Notes under the pieces: model-generated | What the model was told of the DNA's origin: nothing | Database searches by the model: none | What the model saw: only the letters and a program-made list of their open reading frames with translations | Shown here: piece by piece, positions 63,754 through 64,000 of the stretch | Numbering within the stretch: the stretch's first letter is position 1 | How the letters are laid out: each line of letters opens with the position of its first letter | Source of the DNA: Candidatus Multivoradales bacterium | GTDB lineage: Bacteria > Acidobacteriota > Thermoanaerobaculia > Multivoradales > J023 | Length of the DNA: 64,000 nucleotides | Assembly: GCA_965248925.1 (NCBI GenBank) | Contig: CBDFLE010000006.1 | Span: forward strand, 1,856,001-1,920,000 | Direction of reading: 5' to 3' | Position numbers and translations under genes: made by a program

Positions 63754-64000
63754 ATGCTGAGCCCGGAACAGGCGTGGGACCTGATCGAACCCCATCTGCA
63801 GCCACTCGACACCGAACCTATCCATCCCGCCAAAGCGCAGGGCAGATTACTGGCTGCACCCCTACCAGCGACCATGGACCTGCCCCAAGCCGACGTCTCG
63901 GCGATGGACGGCTACTGCTGCCGCGGCGCCGTCGAAGCAGGTCATTCATTAGCGGTGATCGGCACGTCGGCGGCCGGGGCGCCGCCGGAATTCACCGTCG
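63754..64000 (+). CDS. moeA: Molybdopterin molybdotransferase, 5' part (runs off the window)
   Basis: Manual translation MLSPEQAWDLIEPHL...AQGRLLA...DLPQADVSAMDGY; absent from the ORF track because it has no stop in the window. Confidence 0.88.
   Translation, partial: MLSPEQAWDLIEPHLQPLDTEPIHPAKAQGRLLAAPLPATMDLPQADVSAMDGYCCRGAVEAGHSLAVIGTSAAGAPPEFTV

Overview
GC-rich bacterial chromosomal window with about 55 genes. Gene content suggests Acidobacteriota or a similar signalling-rich lineage; this is inference. All family calls come from motif recognition by eye, not database searches. Housekeeping genes include udk, mutM, holA, dksA-like, rlmH, def, tdk, an A-type Fe-S carrier, ygfZ, miaE, pilT-pilC-pilS-pilR and a partial moeA. 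They are interspersed with envelope-modification genes, a VapBC pair, two close Uma2 paralogues and dense signalling modules. The best candidate for an undescribed system is at 49.8-58.9 kb. It is a tandemly duplicated cassette of [conserved promoter motif - secreted 7-Cys protein of unknown family ->][<- Ser/Thr kinase-TM-TPR], capped by a single ECF sigma factor of the kinase-activated type. Both secreted genes carry an identically spaced upstream motif, TGTTG-N15-CGCCTA-N3-TAGTAG, and one kinase has an in-frame TAG. Other notable items are a membrane receptor with both a degenerate cyclase and a pseudokinase domain, a second ECF-kinase-lipoprotein module, and an FHA-sigma54 activator facing a subtilase with a visible -24/-12 promoter and upstream palindromes. 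A Cys-motif-less radical-SAM-like gene lies divergent from mutM, and leaderless-type promoters are frequent. No rRNA, tRNA, CRISPR array or transposase was recognised.
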